Shown here: one piece after another, positions 61,101 through 64,000 of the stretch
Layout of the letters: each line of letters opens with the position of its first letter
Position numbering within the stretch: the first letter of the stretch is position 1
Notes under the pieces: generated by a model
Told to the model about the DNA's origin: nothing
Seen by the model: only the letters and a program-made list of their open reading frames with translations
Database searches by the model: none
NCBI GenBank assembly: GCA_038087875.1
Contig: CM075994.1
Span: 11,410,001-11,474,000, forward strand
Direction: 5' to 3'
DNA from: Malacoraja senta
Taxonomy: Eukaryota
Length of the DNA: 64,000 nucleotides
Made by a program: the position numbers and the translations under genes

Positions 61101-64000
61101 GGGAGTGATCAGAAATACTACTAATGTGGGATGTTGGATTAATTGTATATGGCATTAATTTCATATCCACTGAAAAATAATAAATTCTTGAATAAGTTTT
61201 ATGTACCGAAGAGTAAAACGAGTATTCCCTTCCAGCTGGAATAGCAGATCTCCATACATCTACTATATTAGTGTTTTTTATATATGTATTTAAAAGTTCA
61301 CTAGTCTTAGATTTTAAATTATTCCTCTTTTGTTTTACTGATTTGTCTAGATACGGATCTAAAACACAATTGAAGTCCCCTCCTATTATCACATACTGAT
61401 AATTAAACTCTGATATTATATCTATAATTGTGTCAAAAAATGTGTGGTTGTCAAAGTTCGGAGCGTAAATATTTATCATAGTTAGCGGGGTTGCATAAAT
61501 TTCTCCCGAAACTATAATATACGTTCCCTCTTTATCTGATATAGTATTCTTTAATTTAAAAGGTATACCTTTTCGGATAAGAATAGCCGTACCTCTAGAT
61601 TTAGAAGTAAATGACGAATAATATGTTTGACCTATCCACTTCGCCTTTAATCTCATTTGTGTTTGTTGTTTCATGTGCGTTTCCTGTAAAAACATTATGT
61701 CGCTATTCATAGATTTTAGTTGAGCAAAAATGTTACCCCTCTTAATTGGTTCATTGGCACCCCTTATATTCCAACTACAGAATGTAATTCCTCCATTCTT
61801 TCTTTGTCTATCGTCTTGCATTATATATCAAAATAATATTCCTGAATCATATGGTGCAACCAAATACCTCCGAGTTCTGGGCGTTGGGTGGTGATGCCAA
61901 ATTTTTAGATTTATATAGCATATCCTTCTTGTGCAGTGCCTTTGAAAAAGAAAAGAAAGATGTGATTTAAACTTGATTACAAAAAAAGTGTGCGAATGAA
62001 AGTCTTTATAGTGAAAAAAAGTTATGTTAAGATATCTAAGAAAAGATATCCTAAAGACGAATGGCCACCTAAGGTGGCGAAAAATGTATAGACTTCCGTT
62101 GATGTTGTTATACATTGAGCTCCAACTCCTTAATAGATCCTCATAAAAAACTACAGACCGTTACATATTTTATCTTTGCTTATATACATTTACCAAACTA
62201 GCCCCAATAAAAAACGAAAAATAATTAACAAAAAAGAAAAAATCAAAGGGAGATATAAAAAATGAAAAACACAAAAACACATATAAAACACAACCTAAGT
62301 TCAATTTTATAAATATATATGCCCTTCCAATTTATCTAACCTTAATCTAGTCTAAGCTTTACCATATATATCCACCCAGGATTCTTACACATACAAACAG
62401 GTACCAAGGGGTTAAACAAAACCTCACCACAGAATCTCTTCCAGTTATATGCTGCAACCGACTCCTACCCACCCAAAAAGAATAAACAAGTTATGTTAAT
62501 TGTATTTATAGACGTTTTAGTGACTTAAATCAATTATCTCCTTCCCCGTCTCATGATTTATACATGATTTATTCATATTTACTACATCCATTCACAAATA
62601 ATTAGTAGTGTTAAATTTGTTAAAGTCGTTAATTATTTATAATTGGAGTATAATAATTAAAAAATCTTCTTAAATCAGCAGATTATATATTCCATGTCGT
62701 TCCATGTCCATTATACATTCCCTCGTTAATTCTGTGTCTTCAATGTCTTTTGTTTATCTTTAAGCTTTTCATTCAAGGTGAAATATAGACAGTACTCTCC
62801 CAAACACATTCCAGACAGATAAGCTTGCTAACTGTCTGGAAAATTCCGCCATCTTAACCAGTCCTAAAAGTTAAACCGATCAATCTTCATCCGTGTCAAG
62901 AACTTCAGCCGCTTCAGCAGAAGTGTTCTTTACGATATCCTCTGCATATTTAAAAGCTTTTTCGGGGTCTGTGAACGAGCGTACAGTACCATTATGAGTA
63001 ATCTTCATTTTAGCTGGATAAACAATCCCATATCACACATCGTGTATCCCTTTCAGAATATTTCTTGTCTGTGTAAACAAGTTCCTTCTCTAACGACCTC
63101 CGGGGGGTAATCCCGGAAAAATCGAATATTATCCCCACGATATGTCAGATTCTCCCCATGAGTAATCTTTTTCAATATAAATTCCACTGAAGAGATATCG
63201 AGGAATTTCACAATTATATGTCTTGGAGGAGCATTTGCCTCTCTTGAAACACGTCCAACTCTGTGAGCGACATCTATTCTTGGTGCTCCCGGCAGTTCAA
63301 ACACTTCTTTGAGTAAGTCAGTAACAAAAGTACATGTTTGAGATCTATGTCCCTCTCATCCTTCTCTCACTCCAACAATTCTCAAATTCTGCCTTCTCGA
63401 TCTTGCTTCCAAATCCAGACATTTGTCCGTCATTTTTACAAGTTTTACTTCCTCAATTTTTTATGATTTTTTCAAACTCTTTATTTCAGTGGTCATTATA
63501 TTTATTTCATTCTCCATCTCTTCCATTAACTCATCCAGCTTTTCCATATTATCCTTAACATCCGTAAATTTCTTATTATAGTCATTTTCGAGTCTAGCAC
63601 ATTCTGACTTTATTTTTTTATCAGCCTCCTTATGTTGTTTCTTCAGCTCCTTTAACTCACCGTAAGCTGTATAATTTTTTTTAGGAATTCTCTCCATATT
63701 AGTCTCGATACTCTGCTTATTACTCTCCATATTAGACTCCATACTCTGGATCTTTTCCAGTGTAGCATTGATTGTAGCAGACATTTCTAAAAGCATTTGC
63801 TTTACCTCCTTCTCCTTCTTGTCTCCTTTTGCAGCCATTTCAAGCAGTGATTCTTGGCGGTCGAATTCTTCTTCTTCTGAGCCTTCTGAGCCTTCTTCTG
63901 TCGTTTGCAGAGTATCCAAGACTTTCTCGATTTGGAGACTTATGGTGTTCTTCTTGGGTGCTCGTGAGACTTTCTCTCTTCTCATTTAAAATTCCCGATT
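58143..64000 (-). mobile_element. Near full-length L1 (ORF1 + ~1-kb spacer + ORF2), disrupted
   Basis: ORF1 coiled coil plus IDVAHRV..PRHIIVKF..IRFFRDYP; ORF2 SWNIRG, LQETH, GGDFN, SDH, PGPDG, QGCALSP, LYADD, C-terminal zinc knuckle; poly(A) at ~58143-58185. Confidence 0.95.

Overview
Eukaryotic (vertebrate) genomic DNA. The repeat repertoire (HE1-type SINEs, CR1/HER1, Rex1/Babar, Penelope tails, fish-type L1) suggests a cartilaginous fish, probably a skate or ray; this is an inference. Most of the window is nested transposable-element debris: a decayed Gypsy LTR element (1179-5846), many CR1 and Rex1 fragments, a ~3.08-kb CR1/Penelope unit repeated three times in tandem (24822-33385), non-autonomous Helitrons, GC-rich non-autonomous retroposons, and a near full-length L1 (58143-64000). 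The only host genes I can support form a small cluster of GPR139/GPR142-like class A GPCRs: an intact two-exon gene on the minus strand (45684-45615 + 42712-41766, 338 aa), a convergent two-exon pseudogene on the plus strand (16504-16573 + 21824-22716), and a TM6-TM7 fragment at ~9.1-9.4 kb. The most notable observations are this birth-and-death receptor cluster with its homologous promoters, dispersed Penelope-derived minimal hammerhead-ribozyme motifs, a covarying hairpin shared by three GC-rich retroposons, a probably chimeric Gypsy element, and the reconstructable history of the tandem triplication. All identities were counted by eye; no searches were run.
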